Source: Prasinococcaceae sp. CCMP 1430 (lineage: Eukaryota > Plantae > Prasinodermophyta). Taken from it: DNA of 64,000 nucleotides. The notes under the pieces are model-generated. The model saw only the letters and a program-made list of their open reading frames with translations. It did not search any database and had not been told where the DNA came from. Position numbers and translations under genes: made by a program. Where the stretch lies: assembly GCA_013416795.1 (NCBI GenBank), contig RQSC01000018.1, forward strand, positions 193,274 to 257,273, read 5' to 3'. Shown here one piece after another: positions 32,606 to 43,282 of the stretch (position 1 is the stretch's first letter; each line of letters opens with the position of its first letter).

Positions 32606-34060
32606 CGCGTGCCCGCCTGCGGCCGTCCGGCCGCCCCGCCCCCCCGCGCGCCTGCGCCGTCCCGGCCGCCATCAAAAAGCACTTCTCTCGCGAAAAGGGC
32701 GGGTGCGTCGCCGCCGCCTCCCCCTTTTCGCACGCGCGCCCGCGCCGCCAATTGGCGCCGAAAAGAGGCCCAGAGCATATCCACTTCTTCATTCTTTGGT
32801 ATTGAAACCCTCAAAGGATCGAAACCTTAAAAATCAAAACCCTTACCGAGCGCCTCGGTGTGCGCCGAGCGCGCCGTCGAGGTCGAGCTCGCCGAGGTGC
32901 GGCGCGGCGCGGCGCGCGACGGAGCTAGGGTAGGGCCGACGCGGGCGCCTGGCGCGGACGTTGGCAGGGGCGTGGCCGCTGGTGCAGGCGACAGGGAGAG
33001 GCAAAGGGTGGCCAAGTGCACGCGTGCGGCAGCTGACCCTGGCGCGGCGCTCGCTCCGCGCGGCGCGCCGCAGGAGATCGCTGGCGTGGGCTCCGCGGGC
33101 CAGCGCGTGCGTGTGAAGCCCGGCTTCGCGCGCAACTTCCTCGGGCGCGGGACGGGTGCGCCGGGCGCAACGGTGCCGCTCAAGGCGGCACGGCGCACTG
33201 CGCAGCTGCGAGAGACCGCACGCCTCGCCGAGACGGGCGAGGACGCCAGGCTGCGCGAGGTGGAAGCGGCGCAGCGCGCGCTGCAGGAGCAGCAGCGGGC
33301 GGAGGACGCGCGCGGCCGGCGCGTGGACAAGGTCCTGAAGGTGCTGCGCTCGGCCGTCGTGCGCATCGATCGCTTCCTGGAGGACTCCGACCCGGTGGTC
33401 GCGGCCAGGCGCAGGGAGAAGCAGGAAGCCAAGCGTGCTCGCGCGGCGGAGAAGCGCAAGATGTGGCGCGAGGAGAAGGACGCAGCGTACGCCGGCAGGC
33501 TGGCGGTTGCGGAGGCGGGCGAAGCGGGCGGCGCTGAATCGCAGGCGGCGAGTGTCGCGGCCGCCGTGGATGCCGAGGCGGCGGGGTCTTCCGCGACGGC
33601 CGTCGAGGGAGCATTCGAAGCGGGTGTCGATGCAGACGCTGAGCAGGCCGCCGAGGGCGAGGACACCCAAGCGGATGCGATGTCGGACGCGGAGTTCGCC
33701 CGCATGAAGAAGGATGAGGAGGGCGCACCTGCCGACCCGCGCGGACGTGTTTCACGGCCGGTGACCAAGGAGGACATCGTGGAGTACTGCCTCGATAACC
33801 TGGGCATCAACTTGCCGCTGGATTGCCTCGACTTGCCCGAGCCGCTGGAACGTGCGGGCGAGCATGGCGTGCGCATCGCAGTGCCCGGCCGACCGGACTG
33901 CACGCTCACCGTGCGCATCGTCGGACACAGGGCGTACTCACAGGAGCAGGCGGCGACGCGCTCGAGGATGAAGTCCTTCAAGTCTTCCAAGGACAGCCGG
34001 GGAGCCAAGAGCGCAGCAGCGGGTGCCGCGGATGCCGCCGACGCGCAGTTCTACGAGTAG
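32606..34060 (+). CDS. Organellar ribosomal protein bL9-like with a long inserted linker; putative introns 32703-32850 and 32897-33073; start probably in the N-gap
   Basis: Splicing gives VEVELAE|EIAGVGSAGQRVRVKPGFARNFL (bL9 N-domain). The C-domain reads VTKEDIVEYCLDNLGINLPLDCLDLPEPLERAGEHGVRIAV. There is no in-frame ATG in the visible sequence before the N-domain. Confidence 0.72.
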
Positions 34061-34593
34061 GTGGCTGCCGGGGCAGGCACATCGTTTTTTTGGGGGGCGG
34101 GAGCGCGGAGGCGTGCATAATATGAAACAAGACACACGCGCTGCTTCGCGCACGCGCGCGCGCGCTCGCGCGTCGCGTGCGGGCTGCGTGGTCACCCGCA
34201 GCGCGGGTGGACGATTGATTTTTCTGAATCCGATGGACGACGCGGCTCACAAGCCGCGCCGGGTTGGTTGAGCCAACCACTCCAGCTGCTTGACGGCAGC
34301 CAGTCGATAATGTGTGGTCGCGCGGGACATTCCGAGTCCGCGGCGATTTGTAGTATTGATATTGTTGTGTGTTGTACGTGCGTGCGAAGAGGAGGCGTCG
34401 CCGACTGCCGTCGCCGTCTGTATGGTACCAACGCCGCAAGCTCCTCATGAGCCGGGCCTCGCGGTGGTCCAAGTTGCCGGGGGCGTCGCGCGGTTGCCTC
34501 TCTTGCCGCTGGTGGCGGAGTATGGTACAGGGCGGGGTGGCGGTAGTATATCTGACAGTGAGCTCGAGCTCGTCACGGGCGTCTGCCGCGTGA

Positions 34594-36140
34594 CTACCGG
34601 CAGTAGAGAGACTTGTCGATCTGCGCCGGGATGGGCTTGATCTCGGTGGCGAGCTCCTGCTCGACCTTGTACAGGTTGAAGCGATCCTCGAAGGTGATGA
34701 GGTTGATCGCCAGACCCAGGTGACCGAAGCGTCCCGAGCGGCCCACGCGGTGCAGGTACGTCTCGGAGTTCTTGGGGAAGTCGAAATTGATCACCACATT
34801 GACGGACTGGATGTCGATGCCGCGAGTGAAGAGGTCTGACGACACCAGGTTGCGGCAGGCACCGTTGCGGAAGTCGTGGAACACGCGGTTGCGGTGCGAC
34901 TGGATCATCTTGGCGTGGATGTAGAAGCACGAATAGCCGAGCTCGGTGATCTTCTTGGCGAGCAGCTCGACGCGGTTCACCGAGTTGCAGAAGATGATGG
35001 ACTGGTTGATTTGCAGCTTAGAGAAGAGAGTGTTGAGGCAGTGCACCTTCTGGCGCTCCTCCACGAAGGCGTAGAACTGCGACACGCCCTTGAGCGTCAG
35101 CTCCTCCATAAGGTTGATCACGTGCGGCTTCTTGAGGAAGCGGTTCTTGAAGTCACGCACGGTCACCGGGAACGTGGCGCTGTAGCACAGCAGCTGGCGG
35201 GTGGGCGGGCAGAAGTTGATGAGCTGCTCCACGATGGGCTGGAACTCGGGCGAGAGCAGCTTGTCGGCCTCGTCGAGCACGAAGCACTGGCACTGGCTCA
35301 TGTCGGCGATGTTCTTGTTCGCAAGGTCGAGGATGCGGCCCGGCGTGGCCACGATCATATGGACGGTGTTGTAGAGGCGCATGATGTCGTCCTTCAGTGA
35401 GGTGCCACCGGTGGTGACCATGATCTCCACGCCCATGTGCTTGCTGAGCTCCTTGCACACCTGGCTCGTCTGCAGGGCAAGCTCGCGCGTGGGCACGAGC
35501 ACGAGCGCCTGGATGGCGTTCTTGGAGGTGTCGATGCGCTCGAGCACCGGGATAGAAAACGCTGCGGTCTTGCCGGTGCCGTTCTTGGCGCGCGCGAGGA
35601 TGTCCCGGCCGGTGAGTGCGATCGGGATCGACTCCTCCTGGATGGGCGATGGCTTTTCGAAACCCTTCTCGTAGATGCCCATGAGGAGCTCGCGCTTCAG
35701 GTAGTAGTCCTCGAACTCATTGCCCTTGGTGCCTGTCACATCGGCTGTCTTCACGCGCTCGTCGCGGGCGGGCAGTTGGAGTTGACCTTTCCAAGCCCTG
35801 CGATAGTCGGGTGAGGGCGGTCGCGTCGGGTACGTCGACGGACAAGAGAAGTCAGCCAAGGCTCGTCATCAGCGCCGGCAGCGGCGGTGGGGAGGGAGGG
35901 GCAGCGGGGGCGGGCGACCAAGCAAAACAAGAGGGCGACGGGCGCAACGCCCGGTGCGGTGCAAATTAGGGTTGCACTTTGCGCCGCTCTGGGCGCCAGG
36001 CGACGCCGCGCGCCCCGCGCGCGCACGTACTCCTGCTGCTGTGGAGGGGGTGGCTGCTGATACTGGGCCGGTGGCGGCTGCTGATACTGCGCCGGTGGCG
36101 GTTGTTGGTAGTGCGTCGGTGGTGGGTGCTGGTACAGCAT
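34594..36140 (-). CDS. DDX6: DEAD-box helicase DDX6/Dhh1; 2 exons (36140-36031, 35797-34594), Q/P/Y-rich N-terminal repeats
   Basis: [49 protein letters not shown]. Intron 35798-36030 (GTACGT...CGCAG). Exon 1 encodes YQQPPP repeats. Confidence 0.96.
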
Positions 36141-36700
36141 GGCGTCGACGGTGTCGCGCCGCCCGCCCTCCAGTCGCCGCACCGCGCCGGCGATCCGCGC
36201 CAGCGCGCCTCGCTCGCCCGCCCGAGCCGCCGCCGCCCGCAAGCAAGCGCGCGAGCCGCGCGCGCGCGCCCCGCGCGCTTTTTTCCTCGTCCGATCAATC
36301 TGCGCCGCGGCGCCCATTTCGCGCCCGCGAATACCATCCGCTCGCAGGGCCTCGCGCCCATCGACAACTCCGCGCGGCGCCGGACCGATCGCCGCGCGCC
36401 GACTCTCCGGAATTGCGGCGCGCGAACAGCGCCGTCTCCGAAAAGTCCCCGAGGCCGGACCGCACCCCCGCCGAGCGCCGAAATCGCGGAACCGCGACCT
36501 CCCCCTACCGCATCGGTGGCATCGGCGCGGCGCGCGCACGCGCGTGCGGCCCCGCGCCGCGCCGGCGCGAAAAAAATCCTGCGCAAAATAAAAAAAATCA
36601 AAATCAAAATCGGCTCGGTGAGGCACGACTCACGCACGCGCACGAAACGAAGGCGGGGCGGCGGCGGCTGGCCGTATCAAAGCGCATGCGCATGCGCCCG

Positions 36701-36752
36701 CGCATGGAGGCGGGGCGCGCGCGCGCATGGAGGCGGGGCGCGCGCGCGCATG
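36701..36752. repeat. 23-nt tandem repeat (about 2.3 copies) cgcatggaggcggggcgcgcgcg
   Basis: Directly visible, period 23. Confidence 0.85.
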
Positions 36753-37222
36753 CGCTTTGATGGGGGCGCACCCGAGCGAACCCTCGCGGGGGCGCGCGAG
36801 CGCGGTGCGGCGGCGGCGTCTCGACCTCCGTGGAGGGCGCCGTGCGTCGGAGGCACGCCGACGAAAAAGCAACCGCGGCGACAGCGCAGCCGGCGCCCAA
36901 GCAGGCGGCGCCGGCGCCTTCGGAGGCACTGCTGCGGGTACCGGCGCCGCCCCCCCCGTGCGCACGATGTGCCGTGGGTCGGAGCCTCCGAGCTACCACT
37001 GCATGCGGAGGGCGGCCCGGCCGTGATCGCCCGCGGGCCGCCGCTGTGCCATGCACTGGCTGGTGCGCACGGCGCTGGCTGGTGCGCTGGTCTGGTGCCG
37101 TGGCGGCCCTGCGGAGCGCCGCGGCGGCAGGGGCGATGGGGATGGAGAGAATGCCGCGCGCGCCCGCCCGCTCGCCCCCGAGAGCTGCCGCTGACGCCGG
37201 CCCGCGCGCGTTCACCTCACAG

Positions 37223-38298
37223 TCAAGACCTTCCCGAAGGATGACGCGTCCAAGCCGCCCCACCTCACCGCCTTCATGGCGTTCAAGGCGGGCATGACGC
37301 ACATCCTGCGCGACGTCGACAAGCCGGGCTCCAAGCTCCACAAGAAGGAGGCCGTCGAGGCCGTGACCATCCTCGAGGCGCCCCCTATGGTTGTGGTTGG
37401 CTGCGTCGGCTACGTGAAGACCGAGACCGGCCTTCGCGCGCTCAAGACCGTGTGGGCGGAGCACCTCGACGACTCGGCCAAGCGCCGCTTCTACAAGAAC
37501 TGGTGCTCGTCCAAGAAGAAGGCCTTCACCAAGTACGAGAAGAAGTACTCGACCGACAAGGAGTCGATCGAGCGCGACCTCAAGCTCATCAAGGAGAACG
37601 CCGCTGTGGTGCGCGCGATCTGCCACACCCAGGTGCGCAAGGTGCAGGGCATCAAGCAGAAGAAGGCCCAGATCATGGAGATCCAGGTCAACGGCGGCCA
37701 GGCGGCCGACAAGGTGGACTTCTGCGTGAAGAACTTCGAGAAGGCCCTGCCGATCGACTCGGTCTTCAACAAGGACGAGATGATCGACACCATCGCCGTC
37801 AGCAAGGGCCACGGCTTCGAGGGCGTGGTGACCCGCTGGGGCGTCACCCGCCTGCCGCGCAAGACCCATCGCGGCCTGCGCAAGGTTGCGTGCATTGGCA
37901 CGTGGCACCCGGCCCGCGTGTCCTTCCAGGTGGCGCGCTCCGGTCAGCGCGGCTACCACCACCGCACGGAGTACAACAAGAAGGTGTACCACATCGGCAA
38001 GAAGGGCGAGGCGTCGCACGGTGCGGCGACCGAGTTCGACCAGACCGAGAAGCCCATCACCCCCGTGGGCGGCTTCAGCCACTACGGCTGCGTCAACGAG
38101 GACTGGATCATGCTCAAGGGCGGCGTCACGGGCCCGGTCAAGCGTGTGGTCACCCTGCGCCACTCGCTCTTCCCGCCCACGACCCGCAACGCGGCCGAGA
38201 AGATCACGCTCAAGTTCATCGACACGGCGAGCAAGTTCGGCCACGGTCGCTTCCAGACCAGCGAGGAGAAGGCCGCCAAGATGGGCACCACCAAGTAA
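37223..38298 (+). CDS. RPL3: 60S ribosomal protein L3 (uL3), main exon; the N-terminal exon is not found
   Basis: (V)[26 protein letters not shown]...[23 protein letters not shown]...[13 protein letters not shown]. Preceded by a CTGAC branch point and a cacag acceptor. Confidence 0.96.
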
Positions 38299-38640
38299 GT
38301 GGCCCGTCCTCGCCCCGCAGCACTGGAGAAATATTAAGAAATGCCCTCGCGGCGTGTATCAACGGCGCCCGTCTCCGCGCGCAGCAGCGCGCGGCCGCCG
38401 CGCTGCGCCGCCGCCGAGCGCTGCGCGCGGTCGCGCCGGATACAGACACAGCGTGCTCTCTGTTCGTCGGAAGGGTCCTCTCGACACTTACGTGAATTCG
38501 ACCCAGATCACCACGTGGGCGCTGGCACGCGCATCGAGCCATCCCGGGTGCCGCCGATCGAGCAGCGGCCCTTGGAGCGCGCAGAGCAGCGCGCTGCCCT
38601 TGTCCAAAAAATGTGTGTCGGGACTAGGCAGGGTCAGTGC

Positions 38641-39795
38641 TTACGAGTGCTTGGCCTTGAACTCCTCCATGAAGGCGACGAGCGCGTCGACGCCCTCCGC
38701 GGGCATCGCATTGTAGATGGACGCGCGGATGCCGCCGACGGAGCGGTGGCCCTTGAGCTGCGTGAGGCCCGCCTCGGCCGCGCCAGCGAGGAAGTCCTTC
38801 TCGAGCTCGTTGGGCACCACGCGGAAGGGCACGTTCATGAGCGAGCGGCAGGCCTCGTCGACGGGGCAGGAGTAGAAGCCGTCCGAGTTGTTGATGGCGT
38901 CGTACAGCTTCATCGCCTTGGCGATGTTCTTCTTCTCGATCGCCTCGAGGCCGCCCTGCGCGAGCAGGTCCTCGAAGACGAGGCCGCACATGTAGATGGC
39001 CCAGCACGGCGGCGTGTTGTAGCAGCTGTCGTTCTCCGCGGCGGTGGACCAGTCAAGCATCGCGGGCGTGCCCTCCATGGCGTTGCCCACCAGGTCCTCG
39101 CGCACGATCACCATGGTGACGCCCGCCGGGCCGATGTTCTTCTGCGCGCCCGCGTAGATCACGCCGTACTTCTCGACGTCGATCGGCTTGCTGCAGAAGT
39201 TGGAGCTCATGTCCGCCACCAGCACCTTGTCGCCCAAGTCGGGAGTGGACTTGTACTCGACGCCGCCGATGGTCTCGTTGGCGCATATGTGCACGTACGC
39301 GGCGTCGTCGCGCATCTCCCAGCTGCTGACGTCGGGGATGCTCGAGAAGTTGGTGTCCTTGGAGCTCGCCACCGTCTGCGCGTCGACGAAGCGCGCGGCC
39401 TCCTGCACGGCCTTCTTGCCCCACGCGCCCGTGGTGACGTAGTCGGCGCCCTTCTTTTCGGCGCAAAGGTTCATCGGGATCGCCGTGAACTGCGTGCTCG
39501 CGCCGCCCTGCACGAAGAGCACCTTGTAGTTGTCCGGGATGCCGATGAGCTCGCGCATGTCGGCCTCGGTCTTGGCGAGGATGGAGATGAACTCGGGGCC
39601 GCGGTGCGACATCTCCATGACGGACATGCCCGAGCCGTTCCAGTCGACGAGCTCGGCCTGCGCCTTCTCGAGCACGTTCAGCGGCAGCGTCGCCGGCCCC
39701 GCCGAGAAGTTGAACGCGCGGTGCGCGGCGGTCGCCGACGCGCGCGGCGCCGCGCGGAGCGCGGCGGCAGCGGCGCGCGCGGCGGCGGCGGCCAT
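38641..39795 (-). CDS. PSAT: Phosphoserine aminotransferase with an organellar transit peptide
   Basis: [68 protein letters not shown]. Ala/Arg-rich N-terminus from ATG 39795. Confidence 0.96.
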   Translation of the reverse strand: MAAAAARAAAAALRAAPRASATAAHRAFNFSAGPATLPLNVLEKAQAELVDWNGSGMSVMEMSHRGPEFISILAKTEADMRELIGIPDNYKVLFVQGGASTQFTAIPMNLCAEKKGADYVTTGAWGKKAVQEAARFVDAQTVASSKDTNFSSIPDVSSWEMRDDAAYVHICANETIGGVEYKSTPDLGDKVLVADMSSNFCSKPIDVEKYGVIYAGAQKNIGPAGVTMVIVREDLVGNAMEGTPAMLDWSTAAENDSCYNTPPCWAIYMCGLVFEDLLAQGGLEAIEKKNIAKAMKLYDAINNSDGFYSCPVDEACRSLMNVPFRVVPNELEKDFLAGAAEAGLTQLKGHRSVGGIRASIYNAMPAEGVDALVAFMEEFKAKHS

Positions 39796-39991
39796 CTCTG
39801 CGGCGAAGGGGAGGGGCGGGTTCAGCCTCTCTCTCTCTCTCTCTCTCTTCGGTCGCTCCACTCGTCGCGGGTGCGCGCTGTGGAGCCCTTCGTTCCGACG
39901 CCCCTCATCCCTCCCCTCCCCCCGCCCCCGCCCCACTCTCCCCCGCCCCCGCCCCTCCCCCCCTCCTCCCCCCAACCCCCCCGCGAGCGCG

Positions 39992-40578
39992 NNNNNNNNN
40001 NNNNNNNNNNNNNNNNNNNNNNNNNNNNNNNNNNNNNNNNNNNNNNNNNNNNNNNNNNNNNNNNNNNNNNNNNNNNNNNNNNNNNNNNNNNNNNNNNNNN
40101 NNNNNNNNNNNNNNNNNNNNNNNNNNNNNNNNNNNNNNNNNNNNNNNNNNNNNNNNNNNNNNNNNNNNNNNNNNNNNNNNNNNNNNNNNNNNNNNNNNNN
40201 NNNNNNNNNNNNNNNNNNNNNNNNNNNNNNNNNNNNNNNNNNNNNNNNNNNNNNNNNNNNNNNNNNNNNNNNNNNNNNNNNNNNNNNNNNNNNNNNNNNN
40301 NNNNNNNNNNNNNNNNNNNNNNNNNNNNNNNNNNNNNNNNNNNNNNNNNNNNNNNNNNNNNNNNNNNNNNNNNNNNNNNNNNNNNNNNNNNNNNNNNNNN
40401 NNNNNNNNNNNNNNNNNNNNNNNNNNNNNNNNNNNNNNNNNNNNNNNNNNNNNNNNNNNNNNNNNNNNNNNNNNNNNNNNNNNNNNNNNNNNNNNNNNNN
40501 NNNNNNNNNNNNNNNNNNNNNNNNNNNNNNNNNNNNNNNNNNNNNNNNNNNNNNNNNNNNNNNNNNNNNNNNNNNNNN
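39992..40578. other. Assembly gap (N run)
   Basis: About 587 consecutive n, flanked by a C-rich and (CT)n tract. Confidence 0.99.
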
Positions 40579-41790
40579 CGCGCGGCCGCGGGCGTGCGCC
40601 GGCGGCGGCGGAGGAGGAGGCGCCCCGCCGCCGCGGAAGGTGCCGGCGTGGAAGGCCAAGCAGGCTGCGCGGGAGGCGTTTATGGCGCAGAGCCAGGCGG
40701 CAACTGCTGCGGCGCAGGAGGCGTACCGCAGCAGGACAAACCAGGCGGCTGGGCAGACGAACGGTGCGTGTGCGCAGGAGGGGGCTTCTCTCTCGCTTGA
40801 GCGGGCTCTCGCCCGGCAGCGTGCGAGCTCGCGCAAGGATGAGGGCGCGCCCTCCCCTCTTCCTAGCTAGCGTACGAAAACTCACTCATTGGAGCGCCTC
40901 TTGCGTTCCCCCACCCACCCCTCCCCCCACGCATTCTCACATAGCTGCGGCGGCCCTCCCCGAGGGCTGCCCGGCGCTCGCGGCGTTGCCGTTCGTCGAG
41001 TACCTCACGCCTGAGGGCGCCTTGCAGGACGTGTCGCCGCCGGCAGGTTCGGCCACAGGTGCCTCGCTGTACGCCATCTTCGACGCGAGCGAGGCGCTGC
41101 ACTTCGTGGGTCTGAGTCGTGATATCATGGCGTCGCTGCGCGCACATCTCGCACGCACGCCTGAAGAGACCCACCTTCTCAAGGTGACGCACTTCGGCCG
41201 CGGTGTGCGACGCGATGAGCTCGAGGCGGCGAGCGCCGCGTGGGTGCATGAGGCCGGCGGCGCGGTGGGCATGGACGGTGGGGCCGTGCAGCGTGCGTGG
41301 GAGGGCGCGATTGATGTCGGGCCGCTCATGGATGCCGAGGATCGTGCCGCGGTGGCCGCAACCGCGGAGGGCTCAAAGGAGCGGAGGCTCGCGCTCAAGG
41401 TGGCCTGCCGCAAGGTCGAAGCGCAGCTCAAGGCTGTGCTCAAGGCGCGCAACGTCACAGAGCCCATCCGCTACGACCCCAAGGTCAGATTCGCTCGCTC
41501 ACGCGCGCGTCGCCGGCGTGCTGCGGCTGCCTGCCCAATGACGTGATGCCATCGCGTTCACGCGCACAGCTCGTGCACGCACATCACCGCCGCGCCCCGC
41601 CCTCGCTGCTGGCTGCTCGCCTGTTGGTGTCTGACAGCGCAGCCCAACGATCGCTTCGCGCGCGCGCGCACAGCTTAAGGACAAAGGGCTGGTCGACATA
41701 AAGAGGCCACCACCACCCAGGCCGCCAGGCAGGCCGCCAACGACAAAGCCAGCTCCGGCAGCCAAGAAGGCACCGCCCGTTTCGACGTGA
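40579..41790 (+). CDS. GIY-YIG-like protein of the cyanobacterial/GRXS16 N-domain type; 5' end in the gap; introns 40764-40944 and 41484-41673
   Basis: SLYAIFDASEALHFVGLSRDIMASLRAHL..WEGAIDV..LKVACRKVEAQL..IRYDPK|LKDKGLVDIK. Both introns restore the frame. Confidence 0.78.
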
Positions 41791-41922
41791 TGCGCGGCGA
41801 CATTTGAGTGCCCTGCCCACAGCTGCTAGAGCAGCCGTGTCTCTCCACCTCCCGTTTCGACGTGATGCGCGGCGACATTTGAGTGCCCTGCCCACAGCTG
41901 CTAGAGCAGCCGTGTCTCTCCA
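41776..41922. repeat. Exact 72-nt tandem duplication (period 75) spanning the GIY-YIG stop codon
   Basis: cccgtttcgacgtga...gtgtctctcca at 41776-41847 and again at 41851-41922. Confidence 0.9.
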
Positions 41923-42002
41923 GCCTATCCTCCCCGTAACACTTGACGCCGTGTGGGCGACAAGGGGTGCACAGTTACATGTGAGCACGGTCCGATGCAC
42001 GC

Positions 42003-42899
42003 TCAGCTCCCTCGCGCCTCGGGAGTTGTGGGTCGCGAGCCTCTCCTGTCTGCGCCGCGCTCGGCGCCAGCGCTTTCTCGCGTTCGGTCGGCGCCGCTCC
42101 TCCCCCCCCGCCCTTGCCACTGCTCCTGCGCTCGTCGTTGGTGCTCGTGGGCCTGCTCCTTGGCCAGTTGCCGCGCGCCCTCGATGGCGTCGGCTGGCCG
42201 CGCATGATCGAGGGCAATGCCCACGGCCATATTGGCGACGACCCGCCCAGCGGCGTCGACGGACGGTGGGTTCTCGATGATGACCGTGCGCACGTGGTAG
42301 TCGCCGCGCGTGATAGCGCGTGACGCTTGACGCGCGCTACTCGCTGCAACTGTGCGCGGCGGCGCAGTGTTGGCAGCGCCCGTTGTTTCCGTGATTGCTT
42401 CGCACACTGCACAGCGCACAGACGCCGCGCCGTGCGCGTACATGAGCATCGTGCCGCACGAGCCGCAGTTGAGGTGACCGACGGCGTTTGCCGTTCCCGC
42501 CAGGTTGAGCGTTGAGCAGACGCTGCACTGTACCGTCGATGCCCCGCGCACGTACATAAGCAGCGAGCGGCAGCCTCCACACACGAGCTGCGCCGTGCTC
42601 TGCTCCTGCCGCTGGCCCGCGTTGCCGCCCTCGTTGCCATCGCTGGCGCTCTCTGACGCAGCCGCGCGCCGCGCGTAATGCGTGGACGTGACGACGTTGC
42701 ACACCGAGCACCGCACGTCGCTCGCGCCCGTTGGATAGCGAAGCGTAACCGAACAGCCCGCGCACACGACCTGCTCTTGGTCTTGCCGGGAGCTTGCTGC
42801 TGCGGGTGGCTGCCGCGACTGCGGCTGCGGCGGTGTCTGGGGCAGCGACCTGGGCTGTGCCCCTGCCTGCGGTGTCTGTGGCACCGCAGGCGCACTCAT
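42003..42899 (-). CDS. LSD1: LSD1/LOL-type zinc-finger protein (three zf-LSD1 domains)
   Basis: Three C-x2-C-x3-L-x-Y-x2-GA-x2-V-x-C-x2-C motifs and the C-terminal TVIIENPPSVDAAGRVVANMAVG. Confidence 0.92.
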   Translation of the reverse strand: MSAPAVPQTPQAGAQPRSLPQTPPQPQSRQPPAAASSRQDQEQVVCAGCSVTLRYPTGASDVRCSVCNVVTSTHYARRAAASESASDGNEGGNAGQRQEQSTAQLVCGGCRSLLMYVRGASTVQCSVCSTLNLAGTANAVGHLNCGSCGTMLMYAHGAASVRCAVCEAITETTGAANTAPPRTVAASSARQASRAITRGDYHVRTVIIENPPSVDAAGRVVANMAVGIALDHARPADAIEGARQLAKEQAHEHQRRAQEQWQGRGGRSGADRTRESAGAERGADRRGSRPTTPEARGS

Positions 42900-43282
42900 G
42901 GCGTCGCCCGCGCTCAGGTCGGCAGCTGTTCCGGCAGCTGCCACCCGTCCGCCAGCTGCCCTGCAGTGGGTGTGAGTACGCACGGGCGGTGCTGTGGTGC
43001 GCGCAGGCGACGCTCTGGTGCGCGTAGCCGACGCTCTGGCGCGTGTGGCAGTGCGAGGGCCGCGCCCAGCGTCCACGCTGGCGCACGGCGCGCTCAAATT
43101 TCGATCAGGTTCCGCGCTTTTGTTTGGCCCAACCTCACGTGGAAGGACCTGGAGAATTGCGGCTATTCGTAGCGCTCGAGCACGGACGGACGGCCCGCGC
43201 GCACGCGGGGAACACCTGTTTTTTTTTTGGGGCCTAGTTTGTGCCTCGGCCGCATGTCTTCCTCGGCAATGGAGTCTTTCTC

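Noticed and set aside
36035-36140. 24-nt tandem repeats as a CRISPR-like or mobile repeat
   Set aside because: They are in-frame coding repeats (YQQPPP) of the DDX6 low-complexity N-terminus, with no spacers or cas genes.
36727-37026. Small ORFs as the missing RPL3 first exon
   Set aside because: No frame resembles the conserved uL3 N-terminus. The GTGCGC donor at about 36958 in the required phase yields an unrelated peptide.
39828-39991. (CT)n and C-rich tract as a functional element
   Set aside because: It is simple low-complexity sequence next to an assembly gap, and nothing beyond the repeat is supportable.
38341-40885. ORFs of 326-819 aa spanning the X run
   Set aside because: They read through the 587-nt N gap and are artefacts of translating Ns.
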